Shown: positions 29,408-39,307 of the stretch, one piece after another
Position numbering within the stretch: position 1 is the stretch's first letter
Layout: each line of letters starts with the position of its first letter
Origin: Patescibacteria group bacterium
Lineage (GTDB): Bacteria > Patescibacteriota > Patescibacteriia > Patescibacteriales > UBA12075
Assembly: GCA_022705905.1 (NCBI GenBank)
Contig: JAKJDO010000002.1
Location: forward strand, 8,872-72,871
Length of the DNA: 64,000 nt
Direction of reading: 5' to 3'
Position numbers and translations under genes: made by a program
Notes under the pieces: model-generated
Told to the model about the DNA's origin: nothing
Database searches by the model: none
The model's input: the letters and a program-made list of their open reading frames with translations, nothing else

Positions 29408-32032
29408 ATGAAAAAAGAGATTCCAAAAGCTTATGAACCGGATAAATATGAAGATGATATTTACACTTCTTGGGAGAAGTCAGGCTATTTTAATCCAGAT
29501 AATTTAGATTTGCCAGAAAATGCTCATACCTATACCATTGTCTTGCCTCCACCAAATATCACTGACAAACTGCATTTAGGACATTCATCAATGCTTGCGA
29601 TAGAAGATTTAATGATTCGTTATCATCGTATGAAAGGTGATCGTACGCTTTGGATTCCAGGCACCGACCACGCGGCTATTGCTACGCAAAATGTAGTTGA
29701 AAAGAAACTACTAAAAGAAGAAGGTTCGAGTCGACATAATTTAGGTAGAGTTAAATTTTTAGAAAAAGTTTGGGAGTTTTTGAATGTAACGCAAAGTACA
29801 ATTTTGCATCAGACACGAAAAATGGGAGCTTCACTTGATTGGTCGCGTCAAGCCTTTACTTTAGACGAGCAAAGAGAAAAAGCAGTAAGAAAAATGTTTG
29901 TTGATATGTATAATGCCGGGATTATTTATCGTGGAGAACGAATAGTAAACTGGTGCCCGAGATGTAAGTCGACTTTAGCAGACGATGAAGTCGAATACAA
30001 AGAGCAGAAGACAATGCTTTATACTTTTAAATATAGTAAGGATTTTCCAGTTACTATTGCGACGACTCGACCGGAGACAAAATTGGGTGATACAGCCGTA
30101 GCCGTTAATCCTAAGGACGAACGCTATAAAGATTATATTGGCAAGACCTATGAAGTTGATTTCGTTGGTGTATCTCTTCAATTAAAAATAATTGCTGATT
30201 GGCAGGTTGATCAAAATTTTGGTACAGGCGCTTTGGGCGTAACTCCTGCACACGCTATGGTTGATTGGCAGATGGCGGGAGCTAATAATTTGCCGATTAT
30301 AAAAGTTATTGACGAAGACGGGAATATTCATAAGGGCTTTGGCGAATATTCTGGCAAAAAAGCCGTTGAAGCAAGAGAAATGATTTTGGGAAAGTTAAGG
30401 GAAAAAGGACTTTTAGAAAAAGAAGAAGAAATAACTAATAATCTATCACTTTGCTATCGTTGTGAAACCCCCATAGAGCCTTTGCCGTCGAAACAATGGT
30501 TTGTAGCTATTGATAAAGGTTTAGAGCATCTAGGTGGCAGATCGCTCAAAGCTAAGGCTATAGAAGTAGCCGAAAAGGGGGAAATCAAATTTATTCCCGA
30601 TAGATTTAAAAAACGATATTTAGATTGGATGAATAGTCTTCACGATTGGTGCATCAGCCGTCAAATTTGGTTTGGTCATCGTATTCCTGTTTGGTATCGC
30701 GGAGAAGAGGTCTTTGTCGGAGAAGAAGAGCCTGAAGGTAAGGGCTGGGAGCAGGATCCCGATACTCTTGATACGTGGTTTTCTTCTGGCATGTGGACTT
30801 TTTCGACTCTAGGTTGGCCCGATAATTATAAAGATAAAAAGAAGATTGGCGATTTAGCAAAGTTTCATCCGACACAAATACTTGAAACCGGTTACGAAAT
30901 TATTACACTTTGGGTTTCGCGTATGATTATTATGTCACTTTTTGCTTTAAGCGAAATTCCGTTTGAGAATGTTTATTTACACGGCATGGTCCTAGATAAA
31001 AACGGTAAAAAAATGAGCAAGTCAAAAGGCAACGGCATCGATCCAATTGATGTTATCGATAGGTTCGGTACCGATTCAGTACGTTTGTCATTATTAATCG
31101 GCAATACTCCTGGCAACGACCTGAGATTATCCGAAGAAAAGATTGCCGGTTTTAGGAATTTAGTTAATAAAATTTGGAACGTAGCGCGATATATAATTAC
31201 GAATTACGAATTAACAATTACGAATTACGAATTTGATGGGGGAGAGTTAACTTTATCAGAACAGTGGATCTTATTAAAGCTTAATCAATTAACAAAAGAA
31301 GTTAGTGAAGATATTGCTAATTATCGTTTTTCGCCGGCCGGAGAAAAGTTACGCGAATTTACTTGGGACTGTTTGGCTGACTGGTTTTTGGAAACGACTA
31401 AATTTGAAGATAGTAAAGAAAAAGAAAAAGTATTAAGCCATATTTTAACTACTATTTTGAAGCTTTGGCATCCTTTCATCCCGTTTATTACGGAAAAAAT
31501 CTGGCAGGATATTGATAGCGGTAAATTTTTAATGGTAGAAAAATGGCCTGAAGAACTAAAAATAGAAAAGCCAAATAACGATTTCGAAATTATTAAGGAT
31601 ATTATCATTGCCATTCGCAATGCGCGGGCAGAAAATAAAGTTGAGCCGGCTAAAAAAATAAAAGCTATAATTTATGCCGGCAGTAAAAAAGAGCTGATAG
31701 AAAGTCAGACGACTTTAATAAAAAGTTTACGCACCGGCATAGAAAACTTAGAAATAAAAGAAGGTGGAGGAAAAATTGACAACGCGATATATGCGACCAC
31801 CAATGGAATGGAAATATATTTGATTGGCGCGATTGATACGGCTAAAGAAAAAGAGCGCTTGCAAAAAGAAATAGCTAATTTAGAAAAGATGGTAAAAAAT
31901 ATAGAGACAAAATTAGCTAACGAAGAATTTATCGTCCGTGCGCCGGAAGAAATTGTTAATCAAGAAAAAGAAAGATTAGAAAAATATAAAGAAGAATTAG
32001 AAAAGCTGAAAGATAGATTTGAGAAATTATAA
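29408..32032 (+). CDS. valS: Valine--tRNA ligase
   Basis: PPPNITDKLHLGH (HIGH), KMSKSKGN, C-terminal coiled coil. Confidence 0.95.
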   Translation: MKKEIPKAYEPDKYEDDIYTSWEKSGYFNPDNLDLPENAHTYTIVLPPPNITDKLHLGHSSMLAIEDLMIRYHRMKGDRTLWIPGTDHAAIATQNVVEKKLLKEEGSSRHNLGRVKFLEKVWEFLNVTQSTILHQTRKMGASLDWSRQAFTLDEQREKAVRKMFVDMYNAGIIYRGERIVNWCPRCKSTLADDEVEYKEQKTMLYTFKYSKDFPVTIATTRPETKLGDTAVAVNPKDERYKDYIGKTYEVDFVGVSLQLKIIADWQVDQNFGTGALGVTPAHAMVDWQMAGANNLPIIKVIDEDGNIHKGFGEYSGKKAVEAREMILGKLREKGLLEKEEEITNNLSLCYRCETPIEPLPSKQWFVAIDKGLEHLGGRSLKAKAIEVAEKGEIKFIPDRFKKRYLDWMNSLHDWCISRQIWFGHRIPVWYRGEEVFVGEEEPEGKGWEQDPDTLDTWFSSGMWTFSTLGWPDNYKDKKKIGDLAKFHPTQILETGYEIITLWVSRMIIMSLFALSEIPFENVYLHGMVLDKNGKKMSKSKGNGIDPIDVIDRFGTDSVRLSLLIGNTPGNDLRLSEEKIAGFRNLVNKIWNVARYIITNYELTITNYEFDGGELTLSEQWILLKLNQLTKEVSEDIANYRFSPAGEKLREFTWDCLADWFLETTKFEDSKEKEKVLSHILTTILKLWHPFIPFITEKIWQDIDSGKFLMVEKWPEELKIEKPNNDFEIIKDIIIAIRNARAENKVEPAKKIKAIIYAGSKKELIESQTTLIKSLRTGIENLEIKEGGGKIDNAIYATTNGMEIYLIGAIDTAKEKERLQKEIANLEKMVKNIETKLANEEFIVRAPEEIVNQEKERLEKYKEELEKLKDRFEKL
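31195..31234 (+). repeat. Tandem attacgaatt-type repeat inside valS (translated ITNYELTITNYEF)
   Basis: aattacgaattacgaattaacaattacgaattacgaattt. Confidence 0.8.
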
Positions 32033-32053
32033 TTTTTTATTAACATTTAAAAT

Positions 32054-33838
32054 ATGGCCTCCGATCCTAGACAAGAAAAAATACTTTGTATAGATTTAGA
32101 AAGGGCATGTAACGATCCTTCAGTACCAGAGGAAGAAATTTTTTCAAATACTCCTTTTGATGCAAAAAAAAAGAATAAAAATTCGGCAAAGAAGGAAGAT
32201 GCAATACAAAGTATTGAAAAAAGAAAGGAGACAGAAGAAAAGTCTAGAATTCGTGCGATTCAAGAAGCACAAGAAGCACAAATTAGAAGCGAGCTTGAAC
32301 AATTAACCAAGATTAGAGCTTTATCGAGCGAGACAGCTAAAGAATTGCCAGATAAAAAAAATCAAGCAAGCGAGCAGCAACCCCAAGACGACGGAATGAC
32401 TCGACGAGGGTTTTTGCTGACTGGTTTAAGTATCGCAGCTGCCTGGGCTTTTAGTAAATTTAGAAAGGAGAGTAAAGGTGACGCAGTGCACATTGAGATT
32501 GAAGGCCACAACGATCAAGAAACTGAAATTATAGAACCTGACATAGAAGTGGTGCAAGAGCGATATTCTGAAATGTTTAAAACCCTAGGTCTCGATAAAG
32601 ACGGAGAAATACAATTAGATCTAGACAAAATGGTTGAGGTGAAAGATTTGATAAAAAAGCAGATGATAACTCGAGAAAACCTTTACTCTGGATATGAGCA
32701 GGCAACTTATCGAATGGGTGGTTGGGAAGATAGAATAAAAGCTGAATTCAGAAAAGCAGGGGTACCAGAAAAATATGTTAATCTGGCTATTATTGAATCG
32801 CATATGATTTGTCGAGCAAAATCGAAAACCGGGGCAGTCGGGCCTTATCAATTTATGCCAGATACAGCCAAAGAACATGGTTTAAGATTTCAGGAACCTG
32901 ACGGAAAAGGAAATTTTGTTTTTGACGAAAGAAGAAGCCCAATAGCTAGCGGGAAGCAATGTGCAGTTTATTTGAAAAGACGCCAGAGAATTTTTAAAGA
33001 TTGGATGTTGACGCTTAGTTCTTACAACGGAGGATATGCCTCGCGATACAGAAAAAAAGCATTGAAAAATAATGAGGAAGTAAATTACGCAGGCTTTGTT
33101 CCTTATATGGCAGATCTTATAAATGATAAGAAGGTAAGTATCGAGCGAGCGGGTGTATATGAATATAAAGTTGAAGCCGGTGATACCCTTAGTAAAATTT
33201 CAAAAAAATTCGTAGTGACGGAAAAAGAACTCTGTGAACTAAATCATATTTATATTACGAGTACTATTATAGAAGGATCGAGGTTAACCATACCCTTTAA
33301 AGAAGACAATAAGCAAGAAGTTTTAGCAGATGCTTTGTCTGGCGAGTTAGAAAATTTATTGTATGCCCAGAAATTTCAAGCTTACCAAGAGTTAAGTGAA
33401 GAAGGAGTTTTTGCAAAGAAACGAGAAGCTTATGATTTAGACGAAGAGAGAATAAAAAGAAATGAACGTAAATTTATCGGATACCAAGTGGAGCCTGGCG
33501 ATACATTATACGGAATAACTCATAGAAAGTTTAGAGAATATTTTCCTGATCAAAAAAATGCCGTTGCTATGCTACAGGCACAAAATAAACATATTGGTTC
33601 GACAATCGGGCCGAAAGATAAAATAAAAATACCGACTAATCAGCTCGAAGATGTGACAATCGGTAAAGTTGTGAGAAACAGAATAAGACAGAAGCATGAA
33701 GGACAACCAATATCGCACAAACAAATAACTCAAGAAATAAACTATTTAACAAAAGAATATTTAGAAGTAAACCCTGCTGTTAGTGGCACTAACGTAGCTT
33801 TGCCTGACGGCTATGTGCTAATGCACCCTAGAGCTTAA
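32054..33838 (+). CDS. Lytic transglycosylase (SLT domain) with LysM repeats
   Basis: IIESHMICRAKSKTGAVGPYQFMPDTA, SSYNGG, and two LysM-like YKVEAGDTLSKIS / YQVEPGDTLYGIT segments. Confidence 0.8.
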   Translation: MASDPRQEKILCIDLERACNDPSVPEEEIFSNTPFDAKKKNKNSAKKEDAIQSIEKRKETEEKSRIRAIQEAQEAQIRSELEQLTKIRALSSETAKELPDKKNQASEQQPQDDGMTRRGFLLTGLSIAAAWAFSKFRKESKGDAVHIEIEGHNDQETEIIEPDIEVVQERYSEMFKTLGLDKDGEIQLDLDKMVEVKDLIKKQMITRENLYSGYEQATYRMGGWEDRIKAEFRKAGVPEKYVNLAIIESHMICRAKSKTGAVGPYQFMPDTAKEHGLRFQEPDGKGNFVFDERRSPIASGKQCAVYLKRRQRIFKDWMLTLSSYNGGYASRYRKKALKNNEEVNYAGFVPYMADLINDKKVSIERAGVYEYKVEAGDTLSKISKKFVVTEKELCELNHIYITSTIIEGSRLTIPFKEDNKQEVLADALSGELENLLYAQKFQAYQELSEEGVFAKKREAYDLDEERIKRNERKFIGYQVEPGDTLYGITHRKFREYFPDQKNAVAMLQAQNKHIGSTIGPKDKIKIPTNQLEDVTIGKVVRNRIRQKHEGQPISHKQITQEINYLTKEYLEVNPAVSGTNVALPDGYVLMHPRA

Positions 33839-33869
33839 TATTATATTAGAAATATTTTGTAAAAAGTAG

Positions 33870-33912
33870 AACGACCCGGAAGGATTAGAACCTACACGGG
33901 TCGTTTTTTTTT
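33870..33912 (+). terminator. Intrinsic terminator
   Basis: aacgacccg...cgggtcgtt followed by T9. Confidence 0.8.
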
Positions 33913-33927
33913 GCGGAGCATAGATTC

Positions 33928-34269
33928 CTAGGTTGGCCTCCTCTTTTTCGTGAGGAAGGCCTCTCGGATGATCAGCCATAACGCCCTGATCATCGCCGAG
34001 AGCCATCCACAAAGGATTCCCACCAGGAACCCCCTGTAGACACCTCCGGGTATGGCGTTCTGGGTCTCACTGAACGAAGGGAGCAGCCCCGTCATGAAGG
34101 GACCGATCCAGCTCAGCAAGATCCAAAAACCGAATGCTGTCGCAACGACAGCCACTAGGACCAAGCTGTGCCAGAGAAATCCAAAGATAAAGTTCCATAT
34201 TGCCCCCAGATTCCGACCGAAGTCCTTTGCATCGTTTATCATGTTTTGGACCATTACGGGTGTTTGCAT
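33928..34269 (-). CDS. GC-rich orphan membrane protein (113 aa, about 3 TM)
   Basis: SD aaaaggag before the ATG at 34269. Own promoter TTGACA-17-TATGAT on the minus strand (34320-34352). Composition is clearly GC-richer than its neighbours. Confidence 0.55.
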   Translation of the reverse strand: MQTPVMVQNMINDAKDFGRNLGAIWNFIFGFLWHSLVLVAVVATAFGFWILLSWIGPFMTGLLPSFSETQNAIPGGVYRGFLVGILCGWLSAMIRALWLIIREAFLTKKRRPT

Positions 34270-34437
34270 TGTAGTCTCCTTTTCTTTTTTTTGTTTTTGC
34301 GCATTTTTTTTGCGCAAATCAGAATATCATAACTTAAAAGTGAAAACTTGTCAATAGTAATAAGCTGGACAAAATTAAAGATATGTGCTATTATATAGGG
34401 TTATTTGCAAAGATTAATAAATAACCTTTTATTTTAC

Positions 34438-35067
34438 ATGAAAAAAGCATATATTCAGCAGATAGTAATTTTGGCTATTTTTAGCCTTATTTTATTGTTT
34501 AGTACAGATAATAAAATAGGCCAAAATAATGCCCAGGAAGAGATAGTTAAAGCGGCTCTAGCCGAAGAAAATATAGATAATGACGGGTTTGACGCCGATG
34601 GCTGGAAAACCTATATAGTTAAGTCGGGCGATAGTTTGGCAAAAATCGCTAGACCTAATTTAGTAAGCGTTTATCAGCTTCGAGAATGGAATGGCTTAAA
34701 CGAATATTCGGTTTTACGGCCGGGTATGGAAATAAAAATAAAGAAAATAGAATACGAAGCTTACGAGGGTATGGCTAGCTGGTATGGTCCTGGTTTTCAT
34801 GGCCGACCAATGGCCAATGGCGATATTTTTAATCAAAACGAAATTGTGGTCGCTCATAGAACTTTCCCCTTGGGCTTAAAAGTGAAAATTACTAATTTAG
34901 AAAACGGTAAAAGCATTGTCGCACCGGTTTTGGATCGCGGTCCTTACGTTAAAAATAGCAAAGGCCAATATACTCGCGAAATCGATTTATCTAGCGCCGT
35001 TGCTGATGCTTTAGATACGAAGCATAAGGGCGTAGTGAAGGTTAAAATCGAACCGATCAATATATAA
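34438..35067 (+). CDS. rlpA: RlpA-like DPBB lytic transglycosylase with LysM domain
   Basis: ASWYGPGFHGRPMANGDIFN...LDRGPY; LysM segment YIVKSGDSLAKIA. Confidence 0.8.
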   Translation: MKKAYIQQIVILAIFSLILLFSTDNKIGQNNAQEEIVKAALAEENIDNDGFDADGWKTYIVKSGDSLAKIARPNLVSVYQLREWNGLNEYSVLRPGMEIKIKKIEYEAYEGMASWYGPGFHGRPMANGDIFNQNEIVVAHRTFPLGLKVKITNLENGKSIVAPVLDRGPYVKNSKGQYTREIDLSSAVADALDTKHKGVVKVKIEPINI

Positions 35068-35139
35068 GTTGGAAAAAATAATGTAGTGTGATATAACATA
35101 GAGACAGGTTAATAGCCTGTCTCTATCTATGTAAGAGTT

Positions 35140-36165
35140 ATGAAGATAAAAGAATTAGAAAAATTTATTGCGGCCAATAATTTACCGAAATATCGTTTGC
35201 AACAGATTGTTAAAGCGATTTATCAAGAAGGTGTAATTTTGTGGCAGGAGATTAGTACGTTGCCGAAAGATTTGCGCGTTGAGCTGGAAAAAAGAATTGA
35301 GATTTTGTCATGCCAACCAATCAGAATGTTAAAAGCTGATAATAAGTCTTCGTTCAAAGCTTTGCTTAAAGCCGGAGATGGCTGTGTTTTTGAAACTGTT
35401 TTAATGCGCAATAAACCAGGGCGCTGGACAGCTTGCATATCTTGCCAAGTTGGTTGTCCGATCGGCTGCGTTTTTTGCGCTACTGGCCAAGGCGGGTTTA
35501 AACGAAATTTAGAAAGCGAAGAAATAAATGATCAAATTCTTCTTTGGCTTAATTATATAAAAAACAATTTTCCGAAAGAAAAATTGAATAGCATTGTTTA
35601 TATGGGCATGGGCGAGCCGTTCTTGAACTGGGAAAATGTTAAAGAGAGCATTAAGGAATTAACCAATCCAGAACTATTCGGATTCGGCGACCGCAGTATT
35701 TCCGTTTCGACGATTGGCATTGTCGACGGATTCAAAAAGTTAGCCAAAGATTTTCCGCAGGTTAATTTAGCCGTGTCCTTGCATTGCGCTAACAATGATA
35801 AGCGTAGCGAATTGGTGCCGATAAATGATCAGTATAATTTAACTAAATTGCGCCAAGCGATTAATCAATATATCTCCTTAACAAATCGCAAGGTTTTTTT
35901 GGAATATGTTATGCTCGCCGACATTAATGATACCAAAGAAGATTCGGGATATTTGGTCGAGTATGTAAAATCTTTTGACAAGCCTTATTTACTGCACATT
36001 AATTTAATTCCTTATAATGAAACGAAAGGTAAATTCAAAATGACTAGCCAGGAAAAAGCAGACAGATTCAAAAATTATTTAGCTAAGAATAAAATTTCAG
36101 TAACGATTCGCCGCAGTTTAGGAAGAGAGATTAAAGGCGCCTGTGGTCAGTTAGCCGGAGAATAG
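35140..36165 (+). CDS. rlmN: 23S rRNA/tRNA m2A methyltransferase RlmN (radical SAM)
   Basis: CISCQVGCPIGCVFCATG cluster, GMGEP, C-terminal GACGQL. Confidence 0.9.
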   Translation: MKIKELEKFIAANNLPKYRLQQIVKAIYQEGVILWQEISTLPKDLRVELEKRIEILSCQPIRMLKADNKSSFKALLKAGDGCVFETVLMRNKPGRWTACISCQVGCPIGCVFCATGQGGFKRNLESEEINDQILLWLNYIKNNFPKEKLNSIVYMGMGEPFLNWENVKESIKELTNPELFGFGDRSISVSTIGIVDGFKKLAKDFPQVNLAVSLHCANNDKRSELVPINDQYNLTKLRQAINQYISLTNRKVFLEYVMLADINDTKEDSGYLVEYVKSFDKPYLLHINLIPYNETKGKFKMTSQEKADRFKNYLAKNKISVTIRRSLGREIKGACGQLAGE

Positions 36166-36256
36166 TTTTAATTTATAAATCAATTCTGAATATTTAGGGT
36201 TGATTTTTTTATATCCGTATTGTAAAATTTTTAAAAAAGAAAGTTGAGGAGGGGAT

Positions 36257-36625
36257 ATGTTTAGCATCGATGAAAATAGAATCAGGCATTCGTTTATTAG
36301 CTTTGGCACCAATGTTATCGGTATCAGTATTTTTCTCAAGTTTTGTCCAGATGAAATTCATGCCGCTCATAGATTTTTCAGCAATTTGCCAAAGAATGTG
36401 TGTTGCAAAAAAGCTGAAATAGCGCTTGACGATGGAGGGGTTTTTATCAAAGATGACATAGCCGACAGAGAGTTCTTTCTTTGCATTAAGAAGCTGGGCG
36501 TCGACAGCGAAAGATTTGCAGCTTTAAAAGCAAAGCTAGACGAACAAACTCCGCACTACAATATCAACAGATCGGCTGGAGATGAAATCCAAATTAGCGT
36601 TTGGACGCGAAGTTTGCGTTCCTAG
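36257..36625 (+). CDS. Hypothetical protein (uncertain; the codon-aligned antisense frame is also largely open)
   Basis: GAGGAGG SD 6 nt before the ATG; no recognisable motif. Confidence 0.3.
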   Translation: MFSIDENRIRHSFISFGTNVIGISIFLKFCPDEIHAAHRFFSNLPKNVCCKKAEIALDDGGVFIKDDIADREFFLCIKKLGVDSERFAALKAKLDEQTPHYNINRSAGDEIQISVWTRSLRS

Positions 36626-36713
36626 GCTTATAGCTTCATCGAAAAAAAATTGGTCGGCGATGTCAGTCGACCTTTTTTTGTTGAAAAATATAAAAAAATT
36701 TGTTATAATTAAT

Positions 36714-37331
36714 ATGTCTATGCAAACATTGAAGCTAGAGAGGGGCAAAAAAGCAATTGCGATCGTAGCTCATCCGGATGACGAAATAATTTTTATGGGC
36801 GGAGCGATTATGAAAAATCCGCAGATCGATTGGATGGTTTTTTCTTTATGCCGAGCGAGCGATAAGGATCGGGAGCCGAAATTTTGGCGAGTATGCAAAA
36901 GAAATAGGGTTAAGGGAATCATTGCCGACCTTGAAGATGAAGACAAAATGAGCGTCAAGCAGAGCCTGCCGATTATTGAAAAATTAATTAAGGATAATTT
37001 AAAAAGTAAGCGATACGATTATATTTTTACGCACGGAGCTAATGGCGAGTATGGCCACAAAAGACATGTTGGCGTTCATCAAAGCGTGAAAAAGCTAATT
37101 AAAAATAAATTTTTAAAACCGGAGGCGGTTTTTTATTTTAATTACAAAAGAACTGGCAGAAAAAAGATTGAGGCTAAATCAGGAACTAATTGCCAATTAA
37201 GACTGTCAAAAAAAGAACTTCAAACTAAAAGAGAAATTGTGGGTCATATATATGGTTACGCTATGGACGGAATTGATGTCGGTTTTTGCACTAACCCCGA
37301 GACATTTATAAAAGTTGAGATAAAAAATTAA
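36714..37331 (+). CDS. PIG-L/LmbE-family deacetylase
   Basis: AIVAHPDDEIIFMGG signature, HGANGEYGHKRH. Promoter TTGAAA...TATAAT upstream. Confidence 0.8.
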   Translation: MSMQTLKLERGKKAIAIVAHPDDEIIFMGGAIMKNPQIDWMVFSLCRASDKDREPKFWRVCKRNRVKGIIADLEDEDKMSVKQSLPIIEKLIKDNLKSKRYDYIFTHGANGEYGHKRHVGVHQSVKKLIKNKFLKPEAVFYFNYKRTGRKKIEAKSGTNCQLRLSKKELQTKREIVGHIYGYAMDGIDVGFCTNPETFIKVEIKN

Positions 37332-37356
37332 TTTTTTAGCAGTCAAAGATGATTAT

Positions 37357-37438
37357 TGTCATTTCGAGCGCTAGCGAGAAATCGCTTATAGATTGTCGAC
37401 GGAGTTTAAGGGATTCCTCCCTGACGGTCGGAATGACA
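37357..37438. repeat. GC-rich hairpin mini-repeat
   Basis: tgtcatttcgagcgctagcgagaaatc ... gggattcctccctgacggtcggaatgaca. Confidence 0.8.
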
Positions 37439-37452
37439 GTAAAAATAATTGT

Positions 37453-38598
37453 ATGAAAATAGCAGTTTTATTTGTTCATCCGGTGGAGGCAGATGGTTTA
37501 AGTATTCAAGGCAATTTACTTTATCATGGTCTAAAAGATATGGGCGTTGAAGTAATGCCTTGCCATTATTTCTCTAGTTTTCAAAAACAATGGTTGCTTG
37601 ATGTTTGGAAACCGGATGTAGCTATCGGTATTGGCTGCTGGACCTATGCGCCGGATATAATTTTTAGTCCGCAGCATGCCGGCGTGACACCGGTGCCGTG
37701 GTTAGTGGCTGATGGCTGGGTAGCTAATTATCAAAAAGAAATTGGTGATTTGCCATTAGTTTTTTCAACCAGTGATTGGGTGACTCAGACTTATAAGCGT
37801 GATGGCGTGGATACTAAAAATTTTAGAACTTTGCCGATCGGTTTCAATCCGAAAGAAATTTTCCCCGTATCTAAAAGCGATCCGCAAATAAAAAGATTGC
37901 GCGAGATGCTAGATATACGTCCGCATGAAAAAATGATTTTGACTGTTGGCGGCGATGTTACCAGTAAGGGCGCGCAAGAGATGCTAAAAGCGATTGCGGA
38001 AATCGATAAGGATTTTAAGGATTGGAAATATGTTTTAAAGCATTGGGATTCAGAATCAGCCGAAGTTCATGGTCGGGAAGAAGAGGTGCTAATTGAAAAT
38101 TTAGGTTTAGATAAAAATCGTGTTCGTTATTTATCAGGAGCTTTTTCTCATGACTTTATGTCGTATTTACTTTCGGCCGCTGATATTTATGCCGCGCCAT
38201 CGCGACTTGAAGGTTTTGGCATGATTCAGATGGAAGCGGAGGCTTGCGGCGTACCGGTTGTTTCTATTAACGTTGGCGGACCAGTTGACACGATTGTCCA
38301 CGGCGAAACTGGATTTTTAGCCGAAGTCGGAGATGAAGTGAAATTAGAAGAAGAATGGGCTTACGAACATATGGGCTTTGACGCTGATCATAAACGAAAG
38401 TTTGATGAGCCCAAAACGTTTGCTTATCGAGCCAGTATTCCAGATTTAGTAAAGTATACCAAAATGCTTTTAACCGACGACAAATTACGCGAAGAGATGG
38501 GTAAGAAGGCGCACGAGCATGCCATGGCCAATTTTCAGTATACGGATGTAGCTAAAAAAGCATTAAAGATGATTGGAGATAATTTAGGATTAAAGTAA
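37453..38598 (+). CDS. Glycosyltransferase family 4 (GT-B)
   Basis: EGFGMIQMEAEACGVPVV, GETGFL. The ATG at 37453 lies downstream of the repeat-encoded extension. Confidence 0.8.
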   Translation: MKIAVLFVHPVEADGLSIQGNLLYHGLKDMGVEVMPCHYFSSFQKQWLLDVWKPDVAIGIGCWTYAPDIIFSPQHAGVTPVPWLVADGWVANYQKEIGDLPLVFSTSDWVTQTYKRDGVDTKNFRTLPIGFNPKEIFPVSKSDPQIKRLREMLDIRPHEKMILTVGGDVTSKGAQEMLKAIAEIDKDFKDWKYVLKHWDSESAEVHGREEEVLIENLGLDKNRVRYLSGAFSHDFMSYLLSAADIYAAPSRLEGFGMIQMEAEACGVPVVSINVGGPVDTIVHGETGFLAEVGDEVKLEEEWAYEHMGFDADHKRKFDEPKTFAYRASIPDLVKYTKMLLTDDKLREEMGKKAHEHAMANFQYTDVAKKALKMIGDNLGLK

Positions 38599-38607
38599 TC
38601 TTTATAT

Positions 38608-38635
38608 TGTGTCATTCCCGCGCAGGCGGGAATCC
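38608..38635. repeat. Half-copy of the GC-rich repeat
   Basis: tgtgtcattcccgcgcaggcgggaatcc. Confidence 0.75.
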
Positions 38636-38728
38636 ATAATTTTTCAATGCTCGCACCGTTCTAGTTCAGTAATTTAAATAAAAAAAGAAGGCAAAATGCT
38701 TTGACCTTCTTTTTTTGTATTGATTCTA

Positions 38729-39193
38729 TTACAATTGAGTAATGAACTGATTTATTTTTTCTTCTGCCTGATCTTTTGTAACTTCTACGGTTTTTAGACC
38801 TAGCGTCGCAGTTGGTTGGGTGCCGACTAAATCACCCATTCGTTTAAAAGTTTTTTCAAGACCGCTACCACCATAGGTGACTAAAAAGGCAACTTTTTTT
38901 AGTTTATCTTTTTGATTCGTTATATAAGTTCTGACCGCTGGTGTCATATTTGACGCCCAATCCGGTGTACCGATAATTACTAAATCATAATCGACTGGAT
39001 TTTTTTCTATTGGTTTTATTTCTGTTAAAATTTCTTTCATAGCGTCGCGGCCGCCAGTAATATAGCCAATAGGACCTTTACGATCTTTGATATCAATTAT
39101 TTCTTCGATATCACAGTTTAGTTTTTGTTTTAAAATTTCCGCTACTTTTTTAGTTGTCCCTGTACGGGAGTAATAGATGATTAATGTTTTCAT
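38729..39193 (-). CDS. Flavodoxin-family protein
   Basis: MKTLIIYYSRTGTTKKVAE FMN-binding N-terminus. Confidence 0.8.
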   Translation of the reverse strand: MKTLIIYYSRTGTTKKVAEILKQKLNCDIEEIIDIKDRKGPIGYITGGRDAMKEILTEIKPIEKNPVDYDLVIIGTPDWASNMTPAVRTYITNQKDKLKKVAFLVTYGGSGLEKTFKRMGDLVGTQPTATLGLKTVEVTKDQAEEKINQFITQL

Positions 39194-39207
39194 ATTTTTG
39201 TCGTTTT

Positions 39208-39299
39208 TGTCATCCCGGGCCTGACTTGGGATCCATTTCTGACTGCCCGGCTGAATGCCAGTCTTTCGGGCGGGGATTCCTGCCTGCGCGGGAATGACA
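39208..39299. repeat. Composite GC-rich repeat (TIR halves plus a ggctgaatgccag core)
   Basis: tgtcatcccgggcctgacttgggatcc ... tctgactgcccggctgaatgccagtctttcgggcgg ... ggattcctgcctgcgcgggaatgaca. The core is the inverted form of the 21878-21990 core. Confidence 0.8.
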
Positions 39300-39307
39300 A
39301 AAAGAAA

